Assembly: GCA_000004695.1 (NCBI GenBank)
Contig: CM000151.3
Coordinates: forward strand, 3,264,001-3,328,000
Direction: 5' to 3'
Length of the DNA stretch: 64,000 nucleotides
Origin: Dictyostelium discoideum
Taxonomy: Eukaryota
The notes under the pieces are model-generated. The model saw only the letters and a list, made by a program, of their open reading frames with translations, was not told the origin of the DNA and searched no databases. The position numbers and the translations under genes were made by a program. Below, in pieces: positions 26,882 through 40,774 of this stretch (position 1 is the stretch's first letter; every line of letters starts with the position of its first letter).

Positions 26882-28902
26882 TTAATTTTTCATATATAAT
26901 TCTTTGATTTCATAAAATATTTCAACGTTATTGACATTATCAGGTAATTGAAAATTCGAGTCATTTAAAAACTTTGATATAATTGGTCTTGGAATTTTAC
27001 CAGTTTTTGTTTTTGGTAATTGATTAACGATTACAATTTTTCTTAAGACCGCTAATGATTCAATATCTTGTTTAATTATATAATTTATTTCATTTTGTAA
27101 TTTATTTAAATCAATTTGTTGAATTGATTGATCTTGTTGTTGTAGTTGTTTTAAAACCAATAAGGCTATTGGTACACTATAACAAGTTGGATCGTTAATA
27201 CCAATTGAACAACATTCTAAAACTAATGGATGTTTTAGTATTGATGTTTCAATTGTATTTAATTGAACTTTATTACCACTGATTTTAATTTGATCATCTG
27301 ATCTTGAAACAATTGTATAGAATCCATTTTCATCTTTAAAACCTAAATCACCAGGATTGTAGTAACCTGGAAATTTTGAAAATAATTGTTTAAACTTTTC
27401 ATCATTTTTATATAATGTAGTTGCAAAACTTGGTGGCATTGGTAATTTAAATGCGATTTCACCAATTTCGTTAACACCTAATTCTTTACCATCGTCTGAA
27501 AATATTGATGGTCTAATGAAAATTGATGGTAAACCAGTTGCGTAGTATGGGATATTAATATGATCAAAACAATATAAATAAGCTATACCAATTTCAGTTT
27601 GACCATATCCCCTTGTTGGTTTTATTTTTAACTTTTTTTCAATGTATTCTGGGATTGATTCTTCAATTACTTCACCTCCGACCCATATTTCTTTTAAATT
27701 TGATAAATCATACTTTGAACGTATAATTGTTCCTTCAGGATCAGTTTTAATAAAGTATCTAATAGTGTTTGCCAATGATAATGTATGTGTCGCTTTATGT
27801 TTTTCAATGGTATTCCAAAAGTCAACTTCAATATGTTTGTTTTTAATAATACCACCTTCATACATTACAAATGTAGATCCAAATGACAACATACCATATA
27901 GGAAACCATGAAATGATACCCATCCGACACTTGAAGTTGTCAATAATGTTGTACATTCATATTTTTCTGAAATATATCTGTCAAAGTAATTCATACAAAC
28001 TAAATTTGGACCATTACTTCTTACAACTGCTTTAGCATTACCAGTTGTACCACTTGAATAAATAATATATAGTGGATGACTTGATTCTACTGGAACATAT
28101 TCATAAAATGGTGATTGATTATTTTCCTTGAATTTTTTAATTTCATCATACCAACTTAATGTATTTGGTATCGTTGGTATATCTTTTACTTTCTTTAAAT
28201 CTGATTCGCTTGTAATATCATTTCTAAATAAAGTAATTACATTACTTGGTTTAAAAGTTGATAATTCAATTGCATCTTTTAAATTTGGTGTAAATGTAAT
28301 AATTTCATCATTAAAAATACCATAGTTTGTTGTAATTATTAATTTTGGTGTAATTGTTTCAATTCTATCTATTAAACTTTTAACTGAATAACCATCGAAT
28401 AATACACAATGAGTTGCACCAATACGAGCACATGATAACATTGCAATTAATGGTTCTAAAGTATTTGCCATATAAATTAAAACATTATCATTTTTTGAAA
28501 TATTTAAATTTAAAAGTACTCTTGAAAATTCACATACTTTTTCATATAATTGATAATATGTTAATTTTATAGTTTTCTTTAAATATGGACATTCATAAAT
28601 TAAAGCGTCTTGATCTCTTTTTAATGGATTTTGAACTTGAATATCTAAAACATTATAACATGTATTTAATTCACCACCTTTAAACCAATCTGGATACATT
28701 TCATCACCACTATAAACTTTATCATACATTTTATCCCTTTTAAATATATTAGTTTTTGTTTTTAATTTTTTTTTTTGTAGAAAAATGGATTATCTTACCA
28801 AAAAACATTCTTTTTTGCAACTTCATCCCAAAAAGCCTCAGGATAAGAATTTGCATAATTAAAATCATTTAAATAATTAAAAGGATTACTAAGTTTAAAC
28901 AT
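26882..28902 (-). CDS. AACS-like AMP-binding enzyme, paralog E (2 exons)
   Basis: - Exon 2: 26882..28736 (615 aa).
- Exon 1: 28799..28902, MFKLSNPFNYLNDFNYANSYPEAFWDEVAKKNVFW.
- P-loop YSSGTTGNAKAVV.
- Q-rich insert LKQLQQQDQSIQQIDLNKL before the A10 motif PKTKTGKIPR. Confidence 0.85.
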
Positions 28903-29183
28903 ATTTTAGGTTAAAATTAAATGAATAATTTATATAATTGTAATAAAAAACAATTAAAAATAATAAATAAAATAAAACAAGATTTGAAAAAAAAAAAAAA
29001 AAAAAAAAAAAAATTGGGGTGTTGAAAAAAAAAAACAAATAACTACAAACACTTTTGAGCTGTTTAATAATAAAAAAAACAAGATTTTAAAAAAAATTAA
29101 AAAAATAAAAAAATTTTAAACACAAATAAAAAAAAAAAAACAATAAATGGTTTTAAAAAAAAAAAACTTGTTTTTTATAAAGA

Positions 29184-31234
29184 CTAATTAATTTTCGTAT
29201 ATAATTCTTTGATTTCATAAAATATTTCAACATTACTGATGTTATCGGGTAATAGAAAATTTGAATCATTTAAAAACTTTGATATAATTGGTCTTGGAAT
29301 TTTACCAGTTTTTGTTTTTGGTAATTGATTAACAATTACAATTTTTCTTAAGACTGCTAATGATGCAATATCTTGTGTAATGATATTATTAATTTCAGAG
29401 TGTAATTTATTTAAATCTATTTGTCGAGTTGACTGATCTTGTTGCTGTTGTTGTTGTTGTTTTAAAACTAATAAGGCTATTGGTACACTATAACAAGTTG
29501 GATCGTTAATACCAATTGAACAACATTCTAAAACTGATGGATGTTTTAGTATTGATGTTTCAATTGTATTTAATTGAACTTTATTACCACTGATTTTAAT
29601 TTGATCATCTGATCTTGAAACAATTGTATAAAATCCATTTTCATCTTTAAAACCTAAATCACCAGGATTGTAGTAACCTGGAAATTTTGAAAATAATTGT
29701 TTAAACTTTTCATCATTTTTATAAAATGTAGTTGCAAAACTTGGTGGCATTGGTAATTTGAATGCGATTTCACCAATTTCGTTAACACCTAATTCTTTAC
29801 CATCGTCTGAAAATATTGATGGTCTAATGAAAATTGATGGTAAACCAGTTGCGTAGTATGGGATATTAATATGACCAAAACAATATAAATAAGTTATACC
29901 AATTTCAGTTTGACCATATCCCCTTGTTGATTTTATTTTTAACTTTTGTTCAATGTATTCTGAAATTGATTCTTCAATTGGTTCACCACCAATCCATATT
30001 TCTTTTAAATTTGATAAATCATACTTTGAACGAAGGATTGTTCCTTCAGGATCAGTTTTAATAAGGTATCTAATAGCGCTTGCCAATGATAATGCATGTG
30101 TTACTTTATGTTTTTCAATGGTATTCCAAAGGTCAACTTCAATATGTTTATTTTTTATAATACCACCTTCATACATTACAAATGTAGATCCAAATGACAA
30201 CATACCATATAGGAAACCATGAAATGATACCCATCCAACACTTGAAGTTGTCAATAATGTTGTACTTTGATTATTTTCTGAAATATATCGGTTAAAGTAA
30301 TTCAAACAAACCATATGTGAACCATTACTTCTTACAACTGCTTTAGAATTTCCAGTTGTACCACTTGTATATATTATGTATAATGGATGACTTGATTCTA
30401 CTGGAACATATTCATAAAATGGTGATTGATTATTTTCCTTGAATTTTTTAATTTCATCATACCAACTTAATGTATTTGGTATCGTTGGTATATCTTTTAC
30501 TTTCTTTAAATCTGATTCGCTTGTAATATCATTTCTAAATAAAGTAATTACATTACTTGGTTTAAAAGTTGATTGTTCAATTGCATCTTTTAAATTTGGT
30601 GTAAATGTAATGATTTCATCATTTAATATACCATAGTTTGTTGTAATTATTAATTTTGGTGTAATTGTTTCAATTCTATCTATTAAACTTTTAACCGAAT
30701 AACCATCGAATATTGTGCAATGAGTTGCACCAATACGAGCACATGATAACATTGCAATTAAAGGCTCCAATGTATTTGCCATATAAATTAAAACATTATC
30801 ATTTTTTGAAATATTTAAATTTAAAAGTACTCTTGAAAATTCACATACTTTTTCATATAATTGATAATATGTTAATTTAACAGTTTTCTTTAAATATGGA
30901 CATTCATAAATTAAAGCATCTTGATCTCTTTTTAATGGATTTTGAACTTGTCTATCTAAAACATTATAACATGTATTTAATTCACCACCTTTAAACCAAT
31001 CTGGATACATTTCATCACCACTATAAACTTTATCATACATTTTATCCCTTTTTTATTTTATTTTAAAAAAAAAAATTGTTATTTTAATTAGTAATTATTA
31101 ATATATAAAAAAAAATAAACAAATAATTACCATTTAATTAATTTCTTTGCAACTTCATCCCAAAAAGCTTCTGGCTCATTATTTGCATAAGTTTTATCAT
31201 TTAAATAATCAAATGGTTCGCTTAGTCTATACAT
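29184..31234 (-). CDS. AACS-like AMP-binding enzyme, paralog F (2 exons)
   Basis: - Exon 2: 29184..31047 (618 aa).
- Exon 1: 31131..31234, MYRLSEPFDYLNDKTYANNEPEAFWDEVAKKLIKW.
- Intron: 31048..31130 (donor GTAATT).
- P-loop GNSKAVV.
- Poly-Q insert (QQQQQQQDQSTRQIDLNKL). Confidence 0.85.
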
Positions 31235-31298
31235 TCTTTTAATATAAGTATTAATAATAATAAAAAAAAAAAAAACTATTGAATATGGAAGAAGAAAG

Positions 31299-31330
<32 letters not shown>

Positions 31331-31589
31331 AATAATAAAAAAAATGATATGTGATATTAATAAAATAAAATTAAAAATAACTAATAAATTTTATAGTATC
31401 ATTAATTGATCCAATAATTATTATTATTATTACTATTTACAAAACAAATATAAAAAAAGTCTGAATAATAACCACTGACACCCACATACACTGAAAAATA
31501 CAGAAATAGAAATAATAATTTAATAATAATTTTAATTGAAAAAAAAAAACAAACACATACCCAAAAATTCAAACTGTTTTATTTATAAA

Positions 31590-33967
31590 AGATTCTTTAA
31601 TTTCTAAAAATAATTCATAGTCATTAATATTACTTGGCAAAACAAAATTGATATCATTTAATAATTTTGATAATATTGATCTTGTATTTTTTCCACTTTT
31701 TGTCTTTGGTATTTTCTTAACAACTATTATTCTTCTTAATATTGATGATTATCAATATCATTTGAAATTATCATATTTATTTCTTTTTCTAATTCTTTTA
31801 ATTCAATTGGATTATTATTTTGATTATTTTGATTATTTTGATTATTTTGATTATTTTGATTATTTAATATTAGAATACCAATTGGTACAGTCAAGAATTC
31901 TACATCTTTAATACCAATACAACAACATTCTAAAACCAATGGATGTTTTAAAACTGAAATTTCAATTGTATTTAATTGTACTTTATTTGATTTAATTTTT
32001 ATTTGATCATCTGATCTTGAAACGATTGTAAAATTATTATCTTGGTCTTTAAATGCCAAATCACCTGAAAAATAATAATAACCTTTTTCCATATTCAATA
32101 AATTTGTTTTGAATAATTTTTTAAATTGTTCATTATTTTTATAAAAGGTTAATGCAAATCCAGGTGGTAAAGGTAATTTAAATACCAACTCTCCAATTTC
32201 ATTTTTATTTAATGATTTTTTACCACTACTCGTACCACTATCACTACCACTACTACTACCACTACAAACACTATTACCACCACCAACATCACTATTATTA
32301 TAACAAACTTCCTCTTCTTCTTCTTCAGAGAGTATGAATGATTTTAAAGAAGGAGTTGGCTGACCAATTACCATTATATTACCTCTACCACTACTACTAC
32401 CACTACCACTACCACTACCACTACCACTACCACTACCACTACCACAACCACTACCACTACCACTACCACTACCACTACCACTACCACTACCACTACCACT
32501 ACCACTACCACTACTGTTACTATTACTGCTAACATTGGATCTGTTTGATTTTTTAAAATCAAATAAATATATATTACCAGTTTCAGTTTGACCATATATA
32601 TTTGAAGCAGATTTTTTTAATTTGTTTTCAATATAATTTGCAACTGATTTTTCAACTACATCAGCACCAACTAAAATTGTATTTAAACTTGATAAATTAT
32701 AATTTGATAATATAAACTCTGCATTTGGGTCATCTTTAATTAAAAGTCTAATTGATTTAGGACCAATAAAAAATTTGTTTACCTTATGTTTTTCAATAAC
32801 TTTCCAAAGTTGATACTTGATTTGATTTAATTCACAAATTCCACCTTCAAACATTATAAAAATATTCCCTGTTGATAATAATGAATATAGAAAACCATGA
32901 AATGTTACCCAACCAATACTTGAATGTGAAAAGAATTTAATTAAATCTGAATTAGTATTATTATTATTAACTTCATCATTTAAAAACATACATCTACATG
33001 TATATTTAACACCAACTAAATGTGGACCATTACTTCTTACAACTGCTTTAGCGTTACCAGTTGTACCACTTGTATATAGAATATATAATGGATGACTTGA
33101 ATCTACTGGTATATAATCATAAAATGGTGATTGATTATTTTCTTTGAATTTTTTAATTTCATCATACCAACTTAATGTATTTGGTATCGTTGGTATTGTT
33201 TCAATTATTGTTTTTAAAGTTAAATTTGCATTATAATCACCATCATCTCTATTATGTATAATTATATGATTTGGTTTAAAATTTGATTGTTCAATTGCTT
33301 CTTTTAAATTTGGTGTAAATGTAATAATTTCATCATTTGAAATACCATAATTTGTTGTGATAATCAATTTTGGTGTAATTGTTTCAATTCGATCTATTAA
33401 ACTTTTAACTGAATAACCATCAAATAATGTACAATAAGTTGCACCAATACGAGCACATGATAACATTGCAATTGGTGCTTCAACTGTATTTGCCATATAA
33501 ATTATAACGTTATCATTTTTTGAAACATTTAAATTTAAAAGTGCTCTTGAAAATTCACATACTTTTTCATATAATTGATAGTATGTTAGTTTAATTGTTT
33601 TCTTTAAAAATGGACATTCATAAATTAATGCATCTTGATCTCTTTTTGCAGGATTTTTAATATGAATATCTAAAACGTTATAACATGTATTTAATTCACC
33701 ACCTTTAAACCAATCTGGATAAATTTCATCACCACTATAAACTTTATCATACATTCTATCCCTTTTTTTTTATTATTATTTAAAATTTTAAATTGTATGT
33801 GTTAAAAAATTATTTTATTTAAAAATACTTTTAAAAATTATAAAATTGTTACTGAATACAAACCAATGAACGAAATTCTTAGCAACTTCATCCCAAAATT
33901 CTATTGGTTGGTTATTTGAAAAGCTGAAGTCTTTGTCATAATTAAATGGTTCACTTAATCTATTCAT
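31590..33967 (-). CDS. AACS-like paralog G with large low-complexity insertions and an apparent 1-nt frameshift near the C-terminus (possible pseudogene)
   Basis: - Exon 2 ORF 31736..33761 (672 aa); exon 1 33864..33967, MNRLSEPFNYDKDFSFSNNQPIEFWDEVAKNFVHW.
- An (ACCACT)n hexanucleotide array at 32390-32520 encodes an (SG)n run of about 60 aa inside the core domain.
- A 9-mer 'gattatttt' x5 at 31800-31860 encodes a (QNN)n repeat.
- The ORF stops at 'NDIDNHQY*', but the conserved C-terminus (...SSILRRIIVVKKIPKTKSGK...NDYELFLEIKESFINKTV*) continues in another frame to ~31590. That implies a 1-nt indel near 31755. Confidence 0.6.
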
Positions 33968-34555
33968 TTTTTTTTATTATTATTATTGTATTATTCAATT
34001 AAATGATGATATATTTGAATTCATTTTTTTTTTTTTTTTTTTTTTTTTAATAAAAGGTTTAAAGAAAAAAAAACAAAAAAAACAAATGAATTTATTATAT
34101 TATTTATATATTTTTAACATTGTTCTTTAATTTATTAATAAAATAATAAACTTCAAACAATTTTTTTTTTTTTTTTTAGTTATTTTTTATTTGGGCACCA
34201 AAAATAAAAATTTAGGTGTTTTTTGATGTTGAAACTTTTTTTTTAATAACTATTACCAACATAATATATTTTCGTCTTTAAAAAAAAAAAAAATCAGTTT
34301 TTTTTTTTTTTTTTTAATGACCTGTTTTTTGTCTTTTCGGAATTTGAGGTGTTTTTATTTTCAAATAAAAAAATGGCTTTTTAAAAAAAAATAATAAAAA
34401 AAAAAGTGAAAATAAAAATAATAACCAGATTGGTCATTAACCCTTTTGTAATATTATTAGTGCAAACAAGATTCGGATGAAAAGCTTTTTTATTTTTTTT
34501 TTTTAATTTTTTTTGGAAGTTTGGATAAATTATTTAAAATTAAAATAAGAGGAAT

Positions 34556-35315
34556 TTATGGACCACCACAAGAACCAGATTGACAAACAGATTTACCTTT
34601 TGCAATATTTTTAGTACAATCAAGGTTTGGATTTAAAGCTTTGAAACGAGTTTCACTTAAAAGGAACATTGAAGCAGCAGATGAACAAGACATACTTGAT
34701 GGAATTTGACAAGTGTTACCACATTCATTACCTTGATCAACACAATTATCAGGTGTTTTTAAACATGCTCCAGTGGTGCCATTAAAGAAAGCGGTTGTAT
34801 CAACGGCATAGGTTGAAAGTGGATCAATGATAAATTGGGTTGATGAAAGTGTTAAAGCAACCTCACAATTGGTAGTACCAGAATGAATAGTACTTGGACC
34901 AATCCAAGCATCCATATGATATTTTCCATTACTGTCCCATTCATTTTCACATTCTTCACATGAATCTTCCATAATGAAATATTTCTTATAAGCTGCTACA
35001 TATACTTTCTTACCAGCTGATAACCATGCAGTTGATGCTGCAACTGTGATTGGATTAGCATATGTACCTAAACCACCTGCACTAGAATGTAATCCTGGAT
35101 ATGCAATTTCACCACTTGGTGGACAATTATCACCAGCAGCATAAAATGTTAATTCACCAGTAACTATACATATTTTAAAAAATAAAATAAAATAAATCTT
35201 AATATATTTTTTTTTTTTTTAATTTTACAAAATTAAAATTTTTACCTTTTTTTTCTGCTTGAGAAGAAATAAATAAAACTGATGCAAGGAATAATAATGA
35301 TTTGAGTAATTTCAT
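34556..35315 (-). CDS. Secreted RlpA-like double-psi beta-barrel (DPBB / expansin-Barwin-like) protein with Cys-rich C-terminal extension; 2 exons
   Basis: - Exon 1 35246..35315: MKLLKSLLFLASVLFISSQAEKK, a signal peptide.
- Intron 35163..35245 (GTAAAA...TATAG).
- Exon 2 34556..35162: VTGELTFYAAGDNCPPSGEIAYPG...AYKKYFIMEDSCEECENEWDSNGKYHMDAWIG...
- The 'D.C..C......H.D.w' signature matches DPBB_1.
- An 8-Cys tail ends ...CQSGSCGGP.
- The listed 138-aa ORF starts at an internal Met. Confidence 0.65.
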
Positions 35316-35588
35316 TTTTTTTATTTTAATAATTAAATGATTTTTGTTTATGATTTTTTTTTTCAAAAAAAGTCCAGTATTTATACTAAAAAAAAAAATA
35401 AAAAAAAAAACTTATTATCTTTTATTATTATTTTAATAATTTTATTGTAATCATTTTGTTAAAAAAAAAAAAAAAAAATTAATTGAACTAATATTATTCT
35501 TTTTAGACTTTTAACTATATAAATCAAAAGCTATAGATTTAAAAATCTTTTTTATCATTTTCTTATCTAAATTGTAACCTTTTAAAAT

Positions 35589-35623
<35 letters not shown>

Positions 35624-35955
35624 CACAAACAAGATTCTTTAATGTGAAATTAGTTATCGGGGGAGCTATTCCAAAAACAAAAATAAAAAATAAAAATAAA
35701 TAAAATAAAAAATAAACAAATGGTATTAAATTAATATCAATAATTTGGATTAAAATTGATTAGTTTTTTTTTTTGAAAAAAAAAAAATAAAATCTCGACT
35801 AAACCACAGTCCAAAAATTGGTTCAGTGAAATTGAATTAAAAAAAAAAAAGTGATGATAGAAATTCTGACTATTATTAGTGATTTTTAGAATATCCAATC
35901 AACCTCCTTTGTAGTTTTTTTTTTTTTTTTAAAAAATAATAAAAATTATAATGAC

Positions 35956-35956
<1 letters not shown>

Positions 35957-36043
<87 letters not shown>
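35957..36043. repeat. (ATA)n/(AAT)n microsatellite, ~28 units, intergenic
   Basis: A perfect 'ataataata...' run is visible between the DPBB gene and the lipase gene. Confidence 0.95.
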
Positions 36044-36046
<3 letters not shown>

Positions 36047-36431
36047 TAAATCAGAGAATTAAACTAAAAATATTTATCAAATTGAGAAAAAATAAATTTC
36101 GTTTTTAAACTTTTTAAGGTTATTCGCATATAAAAAAAAGAGACCACAAGATATTTTTCACTTAATGATGAAAATTTTACATCCACCCTTATTTTTTTTT
36201 TAATTTTTTTTTTTTTTTAATTTTTTTTTTCTCGCTTTGAGTCAAAACCACTTATTTTTATTACAACTTTTTTTAATTTTTAATTTTTAATCAAGATCAC
36301 TTAATTAATCACTTTTTTTAAAGTTTTTTAATTTCTTATTATGTTTTTTTTTTTATTATTATCTCATTAAAAATAAAAAATAAAGATAAAAAAAAAAAAA
36401 TAAAAAAAAAAAAAATAAATAAAATAAATAA

Positions 36432-37293
36432 ATGTCATATTACAAAGATGAAATTTTAAACTCTTTAAATTTATCAGATTTTTGTTATGAAAAAGATGAT
36501 TCAACAATAATTAAAAAATTTAATGAAAATTTTGAAACTCATGATATTGAAAGAGTAATTAGAGGTGAGATTGAATGTAGTGGTCAAGTTTTTATAATTG
36601 GATATCGTGAAAAAGATATTAATAATAATAGTGAATTTAAAAGAAGGAATACCTATTATGTATCATTTAGAGGTACAGAATTTAATTTTAGTGATATTAC
36701 AACCGATTTAAATAGTATTAAAGAATTTAAAGAAAAACAAGGTACATATCATAAAGGATTTCTTAAAAGGACAATAGGATTTCCAATTCAAATTATAATT
36801 CAATGGTTAGAGAATGGTGATAATGTAATATTCTCAGGACATAGTTTAGGTGGATCAGTATCACAAATTTTAACAATATCTATAATTTTACAAATATCAA
36901 AAAATAAACTTGAAACCATTTTAAAAAATTCACAAATTCTATGTATTACATTTGGGTCACCATTAATTGGAAATACTGATTTATTAAAAACATTAGAAGA
37001 TAATCAAATTTTAAATTATAATATATTTCATTCAATTATTCATAGAAATGATCCAATACCAAAATTGCAAGGTTTAAATAATTTTGTTAATAATAATATG
37101 TTATCAATTGCAAAGAATACAATTTGTTGGTTATTTGAATTTGATAGAATTAAAATTGATGGAATTATAAATTCATTTTATCAAACATTATCAGAATCTT
37201 CAAAATCTAGTTTAAATTCAAAATTTAATTTTATGGCAGATTTAAATTCAGTAATTGGTTTATATCATATCATTCAACATGATTTATATATTG

Positions 37294-37376
<83 letters not shown>

Positions 37377-37880
37377 TATAGTTTTATAAAATCATTATGC
37401 CATAAAAATGATTTAAATGAATTAAATGAATTTTTTAAATTTAATCATGAAAATTTCTCAAAAATTCTATTTCATAAATTATCAACTTATAGAGATATTT
37501 TGATTTATGAATTAATAACATCAAAAGTATTAAAAAATTCAACAACAACAACAACAATAATATCAAATAAAGTAAAACCAATGGTAGATTTAATTCCTAT
37601 TATTAAAAGTGTTTCAATTAACAAAAGTAATAAAAAAAATGAATTGATTACAATTGTTGGTGAAAATTTATGTTTTATTTCTATAAATACATTGAAATTA
37701 ATTTATAGTGATGGAACAAAGGATATTTTATTGAAATCAATAATTCAAAAGAGTAATAATCAAATTGTTATTGACGCTACTGACATACCAACTGGCAATT
37801 TAAAATCACTTCAATTTAAATCAAATTTTAAATATAATAACACAAGTAGTAATAATGAAATTTATTTACAACAAATTTAA
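36432..37880 (+). CDS. Class-3 (fungal-type) lipase domain protein (482 aa) with internal poly-N tract
   Basis: ATG at 36432. Lipase_3 signatures are 'YVSFRGTEFNFSDITTDL' (RGT motif) and the nucleophile elbow 'FSGHSLGGSV' (GHSLGG). A 32-residue poly-N run is encoded by (AAT)n at 37300-37375. Confidence 0.8.
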
Positions 37881-37908
37881 TTTTTTTTTTAGCTACTCAT
37901 AATTCTGG

Positions 37909-37924
<16 letters not shown>

Positions 37925-37945
<21 letters not shown>

Positions 37946-38170
37946 AAGTAATTGGGTACCGTGACCGACTGACAACAAGCACATCATAAACCTTACTTTT
38001 CGCCGCTTTAGTGCTGGAAATTTTATATCCGACCTGCCAACTTTTTAGATACTTTTTTTTTTTTTTCAAATGCACGAGTTTTTTGGGCATTAAGTTTTTT
38101 CGTCTTAGAGGGGTTGCCGGAAAAAAAAAAGTGAAAAAATACTTTTTTTTTTCCACCTTACCAAACCTAA
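37925..38170. other. ~250-bp GC-enriched island between lipase and Cys-rich-protein genes; candidate ncRNA or TE remnant
   Basis: 'gggtaccgtgaccgactgacaacaagcacatcataaaccttacttttcgccgctttagtgctgg...cgtcttagaggggttgccgg' stands out against >85% AT flanks. The overlapping ORFs 37893..38192(-) and 38011..38361(+) are poly-F/K low-complexity and not credible proteins. Confidence 0.3.
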
Positions 38171-38299
38171 AAATATTGGATAAAATAAACAAATTTTTGA
38201 AAAAAAAAAAAAAAAAAAAAATATTTGTTTATCTAATGCATTATAAAAATAATAATAATAATTATAATTATTATTTAAAAAAAAGGAGAAAGGTTAAAA

Positions 38300-38893
38300 A
38301 TGAAATTTTTTATTTTAATTTTTATTTGTTTAATGGTTACAACATATGTTTTTGGATTTAAATATACAAAAATTGAAGTCCATAATTTATATGATGACAA
38401 TTGTTCATTGCAACCCTATGAAATTGTTTATCAATTAAATGGATGGTGCGTAGATGGTAATACTAATATCGAATGTAACGAAGATGGAACAGTGATTACA
38501 CAAAATGTTTTTGGTACTAATAGTGGTTGTAAAGGTGCAAAAACAGGTAATATTACAAATGCCAGTGGTACATGTGCATTTGAGAATGTAGTTTATTCAT
38601 GTGTTGATGATTTCGAAATTCCTGAAAATACATTAGTCAGTGTAGTTACAAATGGTAAATGTGAAAATGATCCAAGTTGGAAAGATGATATTGGTTTAAT
38701 TGGTTATGAATACTTGAATCAATGTATTCAAAATTATAAAGGTGCTTTTGAATTAACTTGTAATTCTTCAATTCCATATAAAAATATTTACAATTCCACA
38801 AGTGTTTGTAATACTGTTCCAACTGGTTATGGATGGTTTAGTCCAAATGAATGTTCAAAAAATGATCCAACTTTTTACTATTGTAATGTTTAA
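38300..38893 (+). CDS. Small secreted Cys-rich protein (197 aa), unknown function
   Basis: ATG at 38300. It has an N-terminal signal peptide (MKFFILIFICLMVTTYVFG) and at least 14 Cys residues in a pattern suggesting disulfide-rich extracellular domains. No recognised family. Confidence 0.6.
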   Translation: MKFFILIFICLMVTTYVFGFKYTKIEVHNLYDDNCSLQPYEIVYQLNGWCVDGNTNIECNEDGTVITQNVFGTNSGCKGAKTGNITNASGTCAFENVVYSCVDDFEIPENTLVSVVTNGKCENDPSWKDDIGLIGYEYLNQCIQNYKGAFELTCNSSIPYKNIYNSTSVCNTVPTGYGWFSPNECSKNDPTFYYCNV

Positions 38894-38922
38894 AAATTTA
38901 AAACAAATTTTAAATAAATAAA

Positions 38923-38956
<34 letters not shown>

Positions 38957-39395
38957 TAGCGTTTTAAAACACCACTATTTTTATTTTTTATTTGCATTAA
39001 AATGAATTTAAATAAAAAAAAAAAAAATGAAAAATAAAAATAAAATTTGAAAAAACAGATAAAGATGAAGATATGGATAATTAATTTATTTTATTTTATT
39101 TTATTTATTTTTTTTTTCAAACCTAAAAATATTCCAAAACATTCTTTACGACTTTTTTTTAGGTCAAACGAATCCCGAAAAACAAAAGAAGAAAAAAATT
39201 AAAATAAAATCGAAAAATAATAAAATTAAAAATAAAATAAATTAAAATAAAAATAAAAAAAAAAAAAAAAATTAAAATAAAAACGTGCTAAAAAAAAAAA
39301 AAAAAAAACTAGTCTTTAAAGTTATTTATATATACAATCCTAGGTGACAACATTATTATAGGGATGAATTAATTACAACAAATAAATATTCAAAC

Positions 39396-40331
<936 letters not shown>

Positions 40332-40461
40332 TTAAATTAATAATAATAATAATAATAAATAATAATAATAATAAATAATAATAATAATAAATAATAATAA
40401 TAAATAATAATAATAGTTAGTAATAATAAAATAAAAAAATTTAAATTATATGTTATACACC

Positions 40462-40468
40462 CCCACAA
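40462..40468 (+). promoter_or_regulatory. DUSE-like motif (CCCACAA) of the type found ~60 bp upstream of Dictyostelium ncRNA genes
   Basis: 'acaCCCCCACAAtttg' lies in the HPP-AACS intergenic region, and a T11 run follows at 40631-40641. See the findings. Weak on its own. Confidence 0.25.
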
Positions 40469-40774
40469 TTTGTAATTATCCTTATTTTTTAATTTATTTT
40501 TTATTTTATCTGATTGGTTCAAAATTTAAATAAAGATAATAATAATAAAAAAAAATTAAAAATAAATTAATTAATATTGTATATCGCAGTTAATAGTGGT
40601 TATAAATCTACACCAGATTTAATAATTGTTTTCCACCTTTTTTTTTTTTACTTTTATTATTTATTTTATTTTATTATTTAGTTATTATTTTTTTTAAACT
40701 TTTTTTATATAAAACTATTATTTGTTTTATTTTAATATCATTTTATTTAATAATACATATATTACCTTATAAAA

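Noticed and set aside
32338-32595. Poly-HY and poly-V ORFs
   Set aside because: They are alternative-frame and antisense readings of the (ACCACT)n hexamer array inside AACS paralog G.
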